A stretch of 64,000 nt of DNA from a virus (lineage: Duplodnaviria; Heunggongvirae; Uroviricota; Caudoviricetes). The position numbers and the translations under genes are program-made. The stretch covers positions 42,250-106,249 of the IMG/VR virus record IMGVR_UViG_3300021400_000028; one strand, written 5' to 3'. Below are positions 32,101 through 47,300 of this stretch, piece after piece. Each line of letters begins with the position of its first letter. Position 1 is the first letter of the stretch. The notes under the pieces are model-generated. The model was not told the DNA's origin. It worked only from the letters and a program-made list of their open reading frames with translations, and did no database searches.

Positions 32101-34283
32101 ATGCTAGAATGAATTGGACTGGCCATATTTGATCGGGTGCAGAATTGAATCCTATTACAGAAACAACTATAAAACGTAATCCCACGAATGCTCAATTAGA
32201 AAAAGCTGTAAGTAATTTCCAGTATAGAATTTCTGATGACGCTATCCAAATGTCTCGTACCGCTAGAGAGAATCCTAGTGCGATGACTAAGGCCGCTTTA
32301 GCTGGTTTACCTGAAGCAAGAACTGTTGCAGAAGCTACTGGATTTAATCCGAATGTGCCTAGACAAGCAAGACTTGGAGCTGCTGGAATGAGCAATAAAG
32401 AAATTGCAGATTGAGCAAATAATGTTAAAAAGAAGGGAATGCCTGCTGGTGAGGAACCTGTAACCGTTGATGATGTAGTAGAATTGCTTAATAGTCTTCC
32501 TACAAATAGACGTTGGGGTTTAATTCAATATTTCCGTAATAATACTACTGGTAAAAATACAAGAGAAGCAGCTGCAAGATTTTTACCTAGACGAGAAAAA
32601 GGTACTACAACTATCCGTGATATTCGAACTCGTATTAATAACGTGCAGGCTACAAAAAATGAAGATGCTAAGTCTGCTTTTGATGAAGCAAGAGATATCG
32701 CAAGTAATTTAGTTGCTCTTAGAGAATCTAAAGATCCAATGGCCACATTAAGATTGCTTTCTCAAAAACCTAATTTTGATGAAAGAGCTTTTGCTCATTC
32801 TGAAGAATTTAGAGAAGCTCTCGAATATGCTAAAGCTCATGGTAAATATGCTAAGATGTCTCCTAAACAAAAGCGTCAATATGATTTTGAACTCGAACAG
32901 TTAATGGAGGGTAGAAATTTATTATTTAAGAAAGGTGGTAAAGTTGTTAAAGCTCAAAACGGAATTGTGTTGGATCCTAGGATTTTGGCTTATTTGCAAA
33001 GTTTTAACAATTCCTATGAAGCAATCGATCCAGACACCGGAATTCAATCGGAAGTAAGTGTATCTGCTTCAAAAATGAACACTCCTCGTGGTCCACTTCA
33101 GGTACAAGTTCCACAAATAAATACAAATTTATCTACTACTAAAGTTCACGATCCGAATTATTCTATTTTGTATCAAGCTCCTAACAGTGATTTAAGTAGC
33201 GATTATATTAAGAATGTTTTAAAGCAGGATTCTGCTACACGTATTGGCGGGTTAAAAAGTAAATCTAGATATTCCGATTACAATCTTGATTCTTCTCCGT
33301 ATATAACAGCTGGAATTAATGCTGGGTTAGCTGCTTTAGATTATGGTTCTATGGCTTGGGGTAGAAGAAAAATCCATGATATAACAGAACGTGCAATTAA
33401 AGATTCTATTTATAAGCAAACTGTTCCTCAATTGCAAACATTGCCAGTAACAACTCCATTAGAGGATAGACTTGCTAAAATGTATGAATTACATATTGGA
33501 AGAGAGAAGTTACCTCAAACTTCTGATGCTGTTATTAACAGAAATCTAGAATTTACAGATGATGCTCAAGCAATGCAAGGCTTATCTCAGTCCGTTGGAC
33601 AACAATCTGCAAAAGTAACATCATTACAACAAGCCAATCAGCAAACATTAAATCAACAGCAACAGTATTATGCAAACGCTGAAAATGATTTAAGACAACG
33701 TGTTGCAGGTGCTATTATGAATCTTGGACAGAATGACGCGTCTCTTGTTGCTCAAACTGCACAATCTATTCAGAATCTTGCTCGTGAATGGAGAACTAAA
33801 TTCGATAATGCAAATCAACAGTTCAATTTATTCCAATATCAGAATGAGATTAATGAACTTAATCGTCAGGCTGATGCTGATTGATTAAATCAAGTTCAAA
33901 CAGCGCATCCTGATATATGAGCACAGTGAGATGCCGCAGATCAATCTAAATACGATAATGACTTTAATACTTGGGCAATGTCTCAAAAGGGTGTTTGAAA
34001 TCAGCTTGAAAATGACTATAGAGCAAATCAAGAAGCAATTAATACTGCTGCTGGAAATGCGTATCTTGATTATAGACTAAAAGATCCTTTTTTAAGAAGT
34101 CTTTATCGTAATAGATATGCGGTTGCACGTAAATCTGGAGGTAAAATTACTACAAAACGTCAAAATCGTTATAAGAACGAGCCTTCTGAAGATATTTGAA
34201 TAGAACAAAATAAAAGCACTCATAAACTTGTTGCAAAGTTAAACGATAATATAATTAAGACGTTTTTAAAAACACTTAAATAA
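29160..34283 (+). CDS. Large internal cargo protein, 1707 aa (TGA=Trp, first at codon 3)
   Basis: ATG AGT TGA GTG AAA AAA TTT CAA GAA GGT GGA; six track fragments in one frame; Gly/Ala-rich hydrophobic segments (IPGGSIYTAGSGLVSTGL; LLPYVGEAGK); TAA 34281-34283. Confidence 0.75.
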
Positions 34284-36133
34284 TGAAATTGAAAGTATAT
34301 CAGCAAGGGGGTGGGTTAATATACACCCCCTTTATTCCAGCTAGAACAGAAAGTACTATAACTGGAGAATCTAAAGATACCAGTGGAGATGACTCTAAAA
34401 TAAATCCTTTGGATAAAGAAATCTTAGCTTTGATGAAAGATAAAGATTTATTACCAAGCGATATTGAAGCAATTTCTTCTGCCTTGATTAGTTTTCAAAG
34501 GCGTACTCAACATTTAGGAAACCCTGCACTCGGAGGCTCCAGTGATTATCGTTCTGTAATGCCTGGTATGCTTCAAATTATGCAAATGGTTTCTACTGCT
34601 AGATTTAATAGGAAACAATGAGATAATTCTGTTGCAGAAATGCAAAAACACGATGCTGGATCGGAGGTTGCTATGGATTCTTATGGTAAAATGTTCATAA
34701 TTGGAGAGGATGGAAAATTATCTAAAGTTTCTCCAAACGAATATGATAGTACTAAGCATCATGCTATCTCTAATTCAGAATTATTACAATATAGAGAACG
34801 AGTTGCTGGAATGGATGGACAACTTTTAAATGCAATGGATGATCTTGTTGGAAAACAAGATGTTTATAAAGCAATTAATGAAATTATTAAGGCTTATGGT
34901 ACTCAGGATAAAGTTGCATTCCTTACAAAAGATAAAGCAGCTCAAGCAGTGATTCTTGATTTAAATGCTCCAGATGGTGTCTATAATATCAAAGAAACAC
35001 ATACTGCTGCAGATTTACAGACAGCATTTAAAGTTTTGTATGACGAGCTTCCTACTAATATGCAGCATCTTTTAAAGGCAAATGCTGCATTAGCAGGTGA
35101 AGAAAATCCTGAAATTGGTGCATATAAGTTTATTAATAATGTTATAAGTAACAATATTGGTCGTAATTTATCTGCGTCTTTTGATTCTTCTGCAACGAAA
35201 GCTTCTGGTCTTGGCGGAAGTGATGGAAGTGGTGACGACACTAAAAATCTTACAGATTATAATTATATTGAAAATCTTGCAACAGGTAGAAATTTTCAAC
35301 CTCCTGTGTTCACTACATTTAATCCTGGTGGTTCTTCTGTATATATGCATGCTGCAATTCAAAACGTTGGTGCCTTAACTACTGGTGATGGTGTAACACC
35401 TGTCGGTCCAGGGATGGTGGATTCTATCCTAGAATCTATTAAGGGTTTAAAAACAATTTCTCCTCAATATACTGTTACATTTGGAGATCAAATTTTAGAT
35501 GCTTCTGCACAAGGACAATTGTTATATGATGGCTCTGCATTACAGAGAGTAAATCTCCCTTATAAAGAAGTAAATGGAGAAGTTACCGTTGATTGAGAGA
35601 CTGTTGAACAGCTCGAAGAAATCAATAAAAACATTACTGAAAAAGGTGCCACTCCTGGAATGATTCGAGACATGATAGCAGATAACCCTAAATTTGTTTG
35701 GAATTCTGAAACAGGTCAAGTAGAAGCTGTTAATCACATGTGGTTCTTAACGTTTGGTGCTATGGTAGGTCATGATTTCGTAGACGGATTAAATACTAAT
35801 TCTCGTTATATTTCAAGAATGACACAAGACCAAGCAGATTTCTGACATAAACGTTATGAAGAAGCTACAAAGTATGGTTTTGTTAATCACGATAAGAATG
35901 CTCCTATAAGAACAAATGCTCCAACCGATAAAGGTTTTCTCGGCATTGATTGACAGAGAACTAAATATTATCATGGTAATGTTTTCATGCCTATCTTAAA
36001 TGAGATGGCTGGTGCAGTACAATATTATCCTAAAGCAACTCATATGGACAATATGCACACTTATATGGATAATCAAAGAGATTTACAGATACAAAATCAA
36101 GTTCAAACCGGACAAAGAAATTTTAATTGATAA
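34283..36133 (+). CDS. Internal cargo protein, 616 aa (TGA=Trp)
   Basis: MKLKVYQQGGG start; track ORFs 34283, 34640 and 35660 in one frame; ends TGA TAA. Confidence 0.75.
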
Positions 36134-36135
36134 TT

Positions 36136-39100
36136 ATGGCAAATACTGATAAGAAATATGATTGGCTTGCTGCATTAGCTCAAAATCCGGACTTGAGTAT
36201 TGCAGATTTTAAAAAATTAGGTGTTACCCCAGAGAACTCTGATTTTAAAAGCAAATCTGAATATGAAAATAATCCGAAAGTGTTAGAGCTTTTTAAAAAT
36301 TCCGCCGGAGAGTTTGATAAAAAAGCTTTTGAACAATTCTATGATAATGCTCTAATAGCCTACAATAATTATTCTAATGACGAATACTTACCTAAAGCCG
36401 CAGAATTATTTGGTTATTTAGACTCAGAATGGGATAGACCAAGAGGCTCAAAAGTTATGAATACGGCACCAATGTTTGAAGTTGGTCAGAATTCTAGTAA
36501 TTCTTTTGGTATATCCTATATCAATCAGTGAGGCCCTGGGTTTGTGGATCAATCTACTAGAGAAATTGCAGAACAACAGGAAGCTGTTGATTTTGAAACT
36601 GGAAAGGGTTTAGGTTGAACTCCTGATGACAAAGGTGGTTTATTTAAAGGTCTTGTGCGTCCAACATTAGTACTTGCTACATATGATGAAGAAGGTGACT
36701 ATGAAGAAAATGGTGAACTTGTGCATCATTTAAAAGGTGACTTGAAATTACGTAATGGTAAACCATATGCAGAAACTCTTGGCAATCGTAGTTTAAATGG
36801 TAAACAAGTTATTGGTTATGCAGATACCATAACTAGAGAAGGAAGTTGGTTAAATAAATACGATTTTTTTGATTCTGATGGTTTGGATAAAAATCTAGTT
36901 GGAACCATTGTAAAAACAGCTTTTACTGTTGGACCCTATCTTATTCCTGGTGTTGGAGAAGTTCTAGGAGCTATTTCTGCATTTACAGCACTTAATAGAG
37001 TACTTCCTGAATTTGGTAAAGCAATTAATGGTATTGCCGGACAAAGTGAGAATAATGAATTCTCTAAAGCCATGAATGAATGGGCTGGTTGGTTTGCTAA
37101 ATTTGATCCTACTGTTTCTGATTATTCTCAACAACATTTAGTTTCTTTTGAAAATCTCGGTAATCTTATTTCTTCTGTTTCTGGACAATTGTTCCAGCAA
37201 AGAGTTGTAGGAGCCATTCCTAGACTTCTTAATAAAAACGGTAATATTATTAATCAAGCCGACTGAGGTAGAAAACTTGCTTATGGTTACATGGGATTAA
37301 CTTCTGCACAAGGAGCATATGATACCTTTAAAGAAGCTGGCGCAAGTGATATGGTTGCTGGCTGAGCTTTTGTAGCTAATATGCTAGCCCTTACAGGTTT
37401 GATGAATACTGACTACGGAAAAGGTATTCTTTTTAAAGGTTCTTGACTCGATGAAAATGTTATTCGTGAACCTTCTTTACTTGTTGCCAAAGATGTGCTT
37501 AATGGGTTAACAGAAGGAATTGAAAAAGCACCGGTAAAAGAAAAAGCAAAAGCTATTCAGAAGCTTACTAAATTTTATACTGATCACTTGTCTTCTGCAG
37601 CTCCTGAAACATTCATTACCCGTGGTTTATCTGAATCATTAGAAGAAGTTATTGAAGAAGGTGCACTTGATGTTTCTAAGATTTTAGCCTCTGTAGCTCA
37701 ATCTATTGGTATTAACACTGGTAATAAAGAATTAGATTTTGGTTGATCTACTACTGATATTCTCCAGCGCTATGGAATGGCTGCTGCTGGCGGTTTTATT
37801 GGTGGTGGAATATTTTCCCTTCAAAATAAATGAGATAAATTCTTAGCTAATGATTTGGTCCAGCATACTGACGAAGATAATCTACAAAGACTTGCATATT
37901 ATATTTCACAAGGTAGAGGACAAGAAATTCGTGACTATTATGGAAAATGACATAGAAAGGGTTTATTAGGTTCTACAACACTTGGTACAAATCTTACAAC
38001 AGTTGACGGTGTAAACGGTTCTGAAATTGTAGCAGAAGCAGCTACTTCTAATCTTTCACAAAATGATGTTGTTTATAATACACTTATAAAGTATATTGAT
38101 ACTATTGAAGACACAATTAAATCTGAAGGTTTACAAATTGATGTTGGGAGTTTAACAAGAAATGCTATTAATGGATATAAAGAAACACCCTCCGCTTTGC
38201 GAGGCGATACTCTTATCAATCTTGGTATTCACGATTTACTTATAAAGGATGTTTATGATTTAGCTGGTAAAATTGTAAAGGCTAAAGCGGAATTACAAGC
38301 TGAAATTAATAAGCTTACTGTTAAACAAGACAATCCAGATGCTAAGAAAGAAACTGAAGAAAATATTAAAAACAGCGCTAAGATTAAAGAGCTTGAAGAC
38401 AAACTTAATAAACTTAGAGAACGGAGAGACTTAATTCTTTCTGGCCAAAATAACTGATACTATGCTCAACAAGCAATTTTTGTATCAAATACAGAATTAG
38501 CTAAAGGTTTTATTGATTTATCTGTTCAAAACTTTACTCGCGTTAAGTATGGTAAAGTTTACGAAAATCTTTCAGAAGAAGAAAAAGCGGAAATAGATGC
38601 AGACTATGCAGAATACCAAAGAAATGAAGGTAAAAATCAACTTCTTCGTGCTGCTGATGTTTATTTAGGTGCTTCTCAAAGATTTGCAGAAAGACTGAAG
38701 GCAGAAGAACAAAATCTACAAGGTTATACACCCGATGATTTACATAATGTTAATACTGATTTTCAAGAAAACTTTATTAAACTTTTAAAAGAGTATTCTG
38801 AAAGTATTACTCAATTATCTGCTTTACAGACAAAAGCAGATAAAACAGAAGAGGATAATGCTAAAATTGCTGAACTTAAAGATCGTCAAGTTGAACTCGA
38901 AAAACAACTTGGAAGAATTCAACAGCAACCATACACTGCTTTAGTACATCATTCTGATAAATATAAAAGTTTGTTAGATGCGCTTTCTGCACCCGTAATG
39001 ACTCCAGAACTTGAATCGGCGTTATTTTCTGGCATCAAACAAATGTACGAAGATTATCGTACTGATAGGAAACAATTAAATGGTGATGGAGAATTAAACG

Positions 39101-42100
39101 CGGCATTAAATCGTGTAAAACGTGAGTTTTTAAATGCTGCATCTATTGATCAACGTGTAGATAGTTGATTTAGAAATCTTGTAGACCAGTTTACAGACGA
39201 AACTCCTGATGGTGATTTTGATAATTCTCGATGGGGAGAATTCATCGACAGTACATTTGGTGAAGGAAATTATGATATTCTTCCGTTCTATGAGGATGAA
39301 GAAACAGATTTCTTAAAGCATATTAAAGAACTTGCAAAGAGTTTTGTTGACAATCTTGGCATAGATAATATTAAAGCTAGTGCTGAATATGAACAACTTG
39401 TAAGAGAGCTTGATGAATCTGGCATTCCTAAAGAATATATACAATCTTTATTACAAGCTATTGTACCAGAAATCATTTATGATGGAAAACCTACTTCTAT
39501 CATGAATTATCTCACTGAAATAGACAAAATTCGTAAAGATGTAAAATATTCTTCTTTTGAAGACTTACTTCAGGATTTTGCTGTTGATATGTTAGGCGCA
39601 AGAATCAATCTCCTTGATTTAATTAAAGAGCAACGTAATAAACTTTCATGTGTAAATGCTTTATCTGACTATGTTATTAGAAATAATAATATTTCTGCAG
39701 AGCTGGAAAACGCTGAAAAGCTTATCACAATTGTTCAAAGTTTAGTTCGTGGTGCGGTTGATAAAACAAATAGTTCTATTAATGCTTTTAAAGGAAATCC
39801 CATTTCTTTAGCGGAATTAAGTGAAAATGTTGGAAATATTCTTTATCGTCAGTCATTCACTCTATTACGAGAAATTCAGTCTTTGAAAGAACTTGCAAAA
39901 CTTAATGGTTTAAAAATACTTCGAATTCATGAAGATATTGATAAGCATATGAGAGCTTTATATCTTCATACACTTATAAATAATCCTGCATTTGTAGAAG
40001 CTTTTGGAAAAAAATTCTTTATTGAGGATGCTGAAGGAAATGAGACACCAATCGATATTAAAGCAATTGCTGATTCGTTCTTAACAGATTCTATTGATTT
40101 ATCTGCTCCTGATACTATTAATCCTCGTGATTTGATGCAGTTTGAAATTAAATTTGCGACAGAATTATATCACCAGGTTCAGAAATCTACTATTGGAAAG
40201 AATACTGTAGAATTAGCTAAAGCACTTGTTTCTTTATTTGGAAATAATGTATGAAAGATGGAAACAAGCACTCTGTTCACAGATACAGATACTATTTCTC
40301 AATATTCATTAATGTCCTACTTAAAAGTTCTTTTGAGTGTTCCAGCTGAAGATTTTTACAGTAAATATACGGCTGTTACACAAGCAGATGATTCTTCTTT
40401 TGCACCAATTTACAGTCAAGAATTAGGACTTCGGTATATTGCTGCTGCCATTTCTAGACCAGATTTAGATAATGCTATCTTAACAGAACTTAAAGCTCAA
40501 GCAAATTCATATGCTGGAACTTTAACAGATAAAGAGTCTAAGATTTGAATTGAGAATTTAAGTGCTTTACAGAATTTTATTTGTATTCAAGGCGGTGCTG
40601 GAGTTGGTAAGACTCAGGCAATCGCTCGTACAACAGCAAAAATGTACGAAGGATATGATCACGAGTTTATCTGTGTTGCTCCTACTGCTGGACAGGCCGA
40701 AAATCTTGCAAAAGCGGTTGGAGAAAATGTGAGACATACTGACAAAGATACTTTCTTTAAAACGGCACTTGGTACAAAATTTGATAATTATAGTTTCTTA
40801 CATACTACTAGACATTGAACTGCAACAGAAATTCCTGTGCCAAACGATAAAGTTTTTGATGCTTCTAAAAAACTAAAAGTTCTATTTGTAGATGAAATTA
40901 GTTTATTTACAGAATCAGAACTTAAAGCTTTATCTGATTATGCAGTACGTAATGGAATTATTGTTGTTGGCTTAGGGGATCAAACTCAAAATTCTGGTAA
41001 AGTGTATTCAGGAAGTTTTACAGGAGAAGACGGTAAAGTTAATACAATAAAACCGACTTGACATTCTAGTGGTTTAGAAGATTGCTTATACAATGCAGCT
41101 CCTTATTTAACAGCATCTTTACGAAATTCTAATCTTGCAAAATACGAGAATTTCCTTACTTTTACAAAGGAACTTAATAAAGTACAATCTGAATGAAAAA
41201 AGAAACGCGAACTTGCATTTAGTGAATTGGACGCCTTTGTTTCTCCTGAAATTCACATTGACTACTTTGAAAACGAACCTGCTGGAATTTTATATGGTGA
41301 AAAGATTGTTGACTCTTCTGCTGATTTAAAAGCTATTGCAGAAAAATATAGTACTAAAGGCAGAGTTGCAATTATTACTGATAGTTTAGATAAATATCAG
41401 GGATTAAATAAAGATATTAAACTGGTGCCTTATCATGAGATGCAAGGTGGCGAATGAGATTATGTAATAGTTGATGTTAATTTTGAAGAAAATAATACCA
41501 TTGGTACTAATTATAGTAAATATGCTGTATTAAGAGATCTATATACTCTATCCCAGCGTTCTAAAGTTGCTAGTATTATTCGAGATAATGGCATTAAAAA
41601 TAAGTTAGGAATTAAAAATAATAACAATCCTACTTTAAATCAGCCTACAAATCTTAGTGAAGGCGATATTAAAACCTTTAAAACAAGAAGAGGGCAAATT
41701 CTTGATGGATTGACTAGTATAGATAATCTTTACGATTATATTTACGAATTTAAAAAATCGACTCCTAATCCAGTAGCTCCTCCTCCTACACCAACAACAC
41801 CTCCACCTGCTGGAGGTAATCCGGCACCAAAAGGTCAATCTGGTGTACAGCCCGGCACATCTGTACCTTCTGCAGCATCAGCCAATCCTTCAGGTACACC
41901 TACTCCTGTTGGAGCACCAACTGCACAAAGTGGTAGAAGTATAGTAAATAATGCGAGAAAAAAGACTACTGCGAGGATTTTTGCTGGAGAATTTAACGGC
42001 TTCTTAAGGCATCCTGATTTTAGAGAAAATGAAGTTAAAAATCCGACTTCATTGGCAAGTTGAAAAGAAGCTAATTTTAAAGGTGTAAACATTTCTTCTG

Positions 42101-44325
42101 GAACCTATAGGAATCTTATTTCTCATTTAGGATCTTCTATTCGTACAGAAATTCCTATTGGAATTGTTTTGGACCAGTTCTTAAATCAAATTCTTAACGA
42201 TCCTACGAATCAAGATAAAAGAGATTTTACTTATAGAATGATTTCTGAGTTAAAACGTATATTTAATAGTGTTCCTGATATTTATATCTCAGAATATGAT
42301 GCTGAAAAGAAAATTATTACTACTAGATATAAGGTTGATGATTCTACTTATATTGAGATTCCAATTGGATTTGCGAGAACTGCATTGTCTGGACGTTACA
42401 CTGGTAAATTCAAAAGAAATCAAAATCTTAGAATAAGCGATCAAGATCAACAATGAAGACCTCTGGAACAGTTTATTGCAGATTTTCCTGGTGTTGAAGT
42501 TTGTGATGATTGAGGAATTGTTTCTGATACTGTTTCTGGATTTGATAAAGAAACTACTTCCTTTTTACAAGGTAATTCTGGTAAAGTAGCAGTTACATTG
42601 TCCGACGAACCAATGTATGCAAGAACATTCTTTAGAAATTGATTTGAACGTGAACAAATTGGAGAACGTGTGTTATCTGTAAGTCATTACAATGATTTAG
42701 TTGTAGCGATGATTCAAAAACCGGTTGATCCTGTTAAAGTGTTACAATTTGTTAATGCGCTTCATAATAAAGATGCTGATCGTGTTGATATCCAACGTTT
42801 AATGGATAGAGGTTTATGAGAAGATCCTGACAATATTCTTGGAGAGCTTACAGGCAATAATCTAGCAGACTTGCCTACAGGAGAAGAATATTATAAGGTT
42901 CTTAATAGTCGTGCTTGGCAAGTACTTCCTAGAGATAGAGCTGATTTATTTGTATCGAGTGCTTTAGATGTACTTAAAGACACAGAAGATTATAATACTT
43001 TGATGACTAGCCTGACTATATTTATGCACACTATCGGTCTTCCTAATGAACGTATTAATGGAGAACGACATGCTATAGTATTATCTGGTGGGAATAAATC
43101 ATACTGAATTCAAACAGCAGTTAAAGACGGCCATATTACTGGTTATACGGTTAGAGAATATTATCCTAATGGTTCCTTTGGACCAAAAGAATCTGAGCGG
43201 TTCTTTGAGGTAGAAAGATATTTTCCTTATGATAAAATTAAACAGCAATTATTTGGAGGAGCTCAAACACAGATTTCTCTAAAGCGTGCTATTATGAATA
43301 AGGAAAATGTTCCTTCTTATCAGAATTTAACTGCCAATGATACAATTTATACGATATTTAGAGGTGCTAAATTTAATCTTGAACAATTAAGTTCTAGATT
43401 AATGTCCTACGGACCATTCATTAATGGTGTTTATGTAAATGACCCTGGTGGAGACCGTTTCAGTCCTACCTCAGCATACCGTAAATTTATAGGTAATAAA
43501 TCTGGTTATTGGATTAAAGGTGGTATCGAACCTTCAATTTGAAGTATTGATGAAAGTGCTATTCAACCAATTGAAGCTACTGTAGATCCTATGGATAAGG
43601 TTATTAATGATTTTACCAATATCTTTAATAATATTCTTAATATTCTTCCTCTAGAATATCAACAAAAATTCAGAGAGTATTACGACTGAAGTGTACGCGA
43701 AATTCGTAGCGGAAAATATGAAAATGAGAATGAAGTGGTAACAAAGTTAATCAGTTCTATTAATAATGCTATGGCGTTTACACAAAACAGTTGAATTGGT
43801 AAAAAGGTAGTTTGAGCTGGGGATAGATTTGTTCTTGAAGATGTTAATAATATGGCTCTTTGAAGAGACCGTATAATTCATAGTAAATTAAGTACAATTC
43901 CTGGAATTGAATTCACTGAAGATACTGTCGATCAAATTGAAACTATGGAAGACAGGCTTGAGAAATGGAAATACGGAGTATTTGGATTACATGTTCCTAA
44001 TCTTCATGAATCAAACGAAGCTTTCCCTAATGATATACGTCCAATAACATTAATCTATGAGGAGAATGAATGAAAATTGTATAAAATGTCTGTTCCTACA
44101 GCAATAGCTCTAGCTCAGATGTTAGATGCTGTTGATACAATTAATCAAAATCTTCCTTGAGTTCATGAAATCATTCCATATATTAATTCCTTGCAGTTTC
44201 ATTGAACTAATTCTAATAAAGTGAATGCTGTAAAGGCTTCTCAAATAATAAAACAAAATAATCCAGAGCTCTTAAATGCAATTAATGCATATCTAGAGCA
44301 GAGAATTTTAAACGACGAATGTTAA
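36136..44325 (+). CDS. Giant virion protein with SF1 (RecD/UvrD-like) helicase domain, 2729 aa
   Basis: One frame across 14 track fragments. Walker A GGAGVGKT (40591-40614), Walker B LFVDE (about 40882-40896), GLGDQTQ, HEMQGGE-W-DYV, LYTLSQRS; Pro-rich linker about 41760-41940; ends ...LNDEC*. Confidence 0.8.
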
Positions 44326-47300
44326 ATGGCTTGTAATTATTCACCAAAATTTATTTCGCTACTCGCTAGTAAAAGCGAAACAATGTCTGAATTAGACTTT
44401 AAAAATTGAGTAACTACTTACTTTAATGATGGCGAACTTGTTTATACTAGGTTCATGAATGGTGCCCTCTTCAGAGAAGGGGGTACCATTAACCCTAGTG
44501 GTAAACAATCTACCAATTCTAATTGGGGACGATTTACCTACGATCAGGAGGCACATACTTTTGCAGATTACTATCGAGGTGCTGATGATTTAAGGTTAAA
44601 GGCAGAACAAGATTTTAAAACTGAAATTGTTAGAAGATTAATTTTTGATTTTAAAGAAGAAAATCCAGAGTTGAAATGAAAAGATTCTGCTGGATCTGTA
44701 AATGAAGTTATTGCTAAATATAAACAAGAATTAGCAAACGCTCTTTTAAAAGAGTGTGGCAAAGACCCTATTGCATTAACGGAAGACTTATCTAATGATG
44801 AGTATACTAAACGAATTGAAACAGCTCTTACAGAATATAGACAGTTTCTTAGTACTAATCCTGCAACTGTAGAAAATTATGATAAGTTTGTAATTCTTAG
44901 TATTTTTGATACTTTACTTGAATCTTATGCAGATTTTATTTCTCCTAAAAGTGAGTTCATTAATTCTAGAACAAGAAAAGCAATTAAGACCGATGGATTT
45001 AATAAATATGAGTACAAAGGACCTAATGTTCAACACTACACTGGATTTACTTCTTCAGAATTTGCAGCAATTGAAAATCAAGATTCTAATCTAGCAAAAA
45101 TTCTGTTAGATGTAATTCCTGAAATTAATAGCGATAGATCTCCTATTCCAAATTCCTTTATTGGCCTTTCTGGTTTTAATGCTCCAATGACTGCTGTAAA
45201 AAACTGGGTTTTATTTGAAGCTCCAACAGAAATTCGTGATGAATATAATAAAGGTGCTAAAGCAGACATTGGCAAAATCATTGAAGCTTACATTAATTGA
45301 ACTTCTGCTGTTAATAAGGATGTTACCTCTTATTATGATAATCGAAGAACATTCTTAATTTCTAAATTAAGATCTATTCAACACTATTTGTTTAGTGCAA
45401 ATACTGATCCTGCAATTAAAGCCATGTTTGCAGGAATGTTCTTTAAAACTGAAAATGTATCATATCGTGTATATGATTATGATGACAACTTAGGAAGAAT
45501 TGGGGGTCGTAACCTTAAAAGTTCTTTTATCAATTCTCAGAAATTTAGTTTTGAGGACAAAATTAGTGGTGTATCTTACTTGGTTCATACTAATTCTACT
45601 CAAAGAGATAATATTAAAGCTAAATATAAACTCTCTAATATTAGAGGTTCTGTAAGAATTCAGAATATTAATGATCCTGCTGAATACATTGACGTTTGTC
45701 TTTACAAAAAAGATAATGCTGCAGAAGGAACGATTAATGGTAGTTACTCTGATAAATTTATGAAAGATATAATTAAGGACTTCTTAATGTTCGTTCTTCC
45801 AGATACATATGAACAAGTCGGTAGAGCTACTGAAAACGCAGACTGGAAATGAGAACAAGACTTTGCACCTTTCATTGCTTTAATTGCGTACGATGTTAAT
45901 GGACAGACTATTACAGCGGTTAATAGAAAGAAAGGTTCTATTCCTGATTTAAAGCCTTTAAATAAAGCTACTTTACGAGTTGCTCAAAAGTTAAGTACCA
46001 TTTATGGTTCAGAAACAAGAAATGTAGTAAAAAATCCTAGTGGCAACAATCTACCAGTTTATCAACTAACAAATCTTACTTATAATATTCAGTCTGTAAT
46101 CGATAATATTGTAGCTGGTACTAAGTCACTTAGTGGTGTATCCAATCAAAATCTTTTAGTAGAAGCTAGACAACTTCTAATTAGTCCTCAGGTACGTAAT
46201 CAAGTATCTATTAACGGAAGAACAAAAGATGCTTCTTCTTTAACGATTAAAGAGTTACTAGAATTAGGAGTTCTTCATGATTTCTATGGTGCTTTCCTTA
46301 ATAAGGATAGTAATACTGAATACGGTAAGATTTACTTACAATCTGCTACTTATGCTGATAAAGGAACTCATTATCTTGTTGGTTATGATCTAAATAAAAC
46401 AATTACTACTTCTTTTGGAGATATCAATCTATTTGATATTATTCAAGACGTAATTAAAACTGGTGATTCATCTAAACTTTTAGAAATTACTAGACATTTT
46501 AGAGCAAATCGTATTAATGCTGCAGTTGCACATCTCTTAAGTGATTATAATGCTGTTTATAAAGATCAACAGTTTAAAACGCTAGATCAGCTTGACGAAT
46601 TCTTAAAAACTAAAAAATACAAAGATGTTGTTAAGGATTTTGAAACAGCTAATATAAACTTCATTGACGAATTTCATGGTTATAAACCAAGAAATGGGTC
46701 TCTTGGAAACATTAGAGTAAACGAAACTCTTAAATCTCAATATGATACCTTTAATGATCCTAAAAAATTCGAAGATCGAATTAATAAAGCAAGACAAGCA
46801 TTTATTCAAAATATTGATGAGAATCGTTGAAAATGAAATCGTTATGATAGCCCTTTAATTGATCAGATTTACGGTAATAAAGCATATAAGGATTTTCAAG
46901 GTAGTAACGGAGATGTTCTTACTCATATAGGAGACAGATTACATCCTATTCTTGAAGCGTATTTCATGTCTGATGTTCTTCTTTCTAATGAATATAATTC
47001 AATTGCAATTGGTGAAGTTTATTATCACCCTAATAAGAATTCTACATTAACAAACATAGATCCTGACGAAGGTGAAGTTGGTACATATGAAGAATTCTCA
47101 GAAGCAAATCGATTAATTGCTCAGATTAAACGTTCCGTTGCTTTCGGTGCAACATATCATCCTTATATTCAAGGTCTTGATAATGGAGTTACAAGTGATA
47201 TTCAAGTAGCTGTAATGAATGATATTAAAGGTATTGTATTTACACCAAATGGCGACGAGAATGATGAATTAGATTCTAGTGATGGTTCTGGTTTAGCACA

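Noticed and set aside
41760-41945. GC-richer Pro/Thr/Gly/Ala stretch in the helicase giant as a possible insertion
   Set aside because: Composition is explained by a low-complexity flexible linker; the frame is intact and no flanking repeats were seen.
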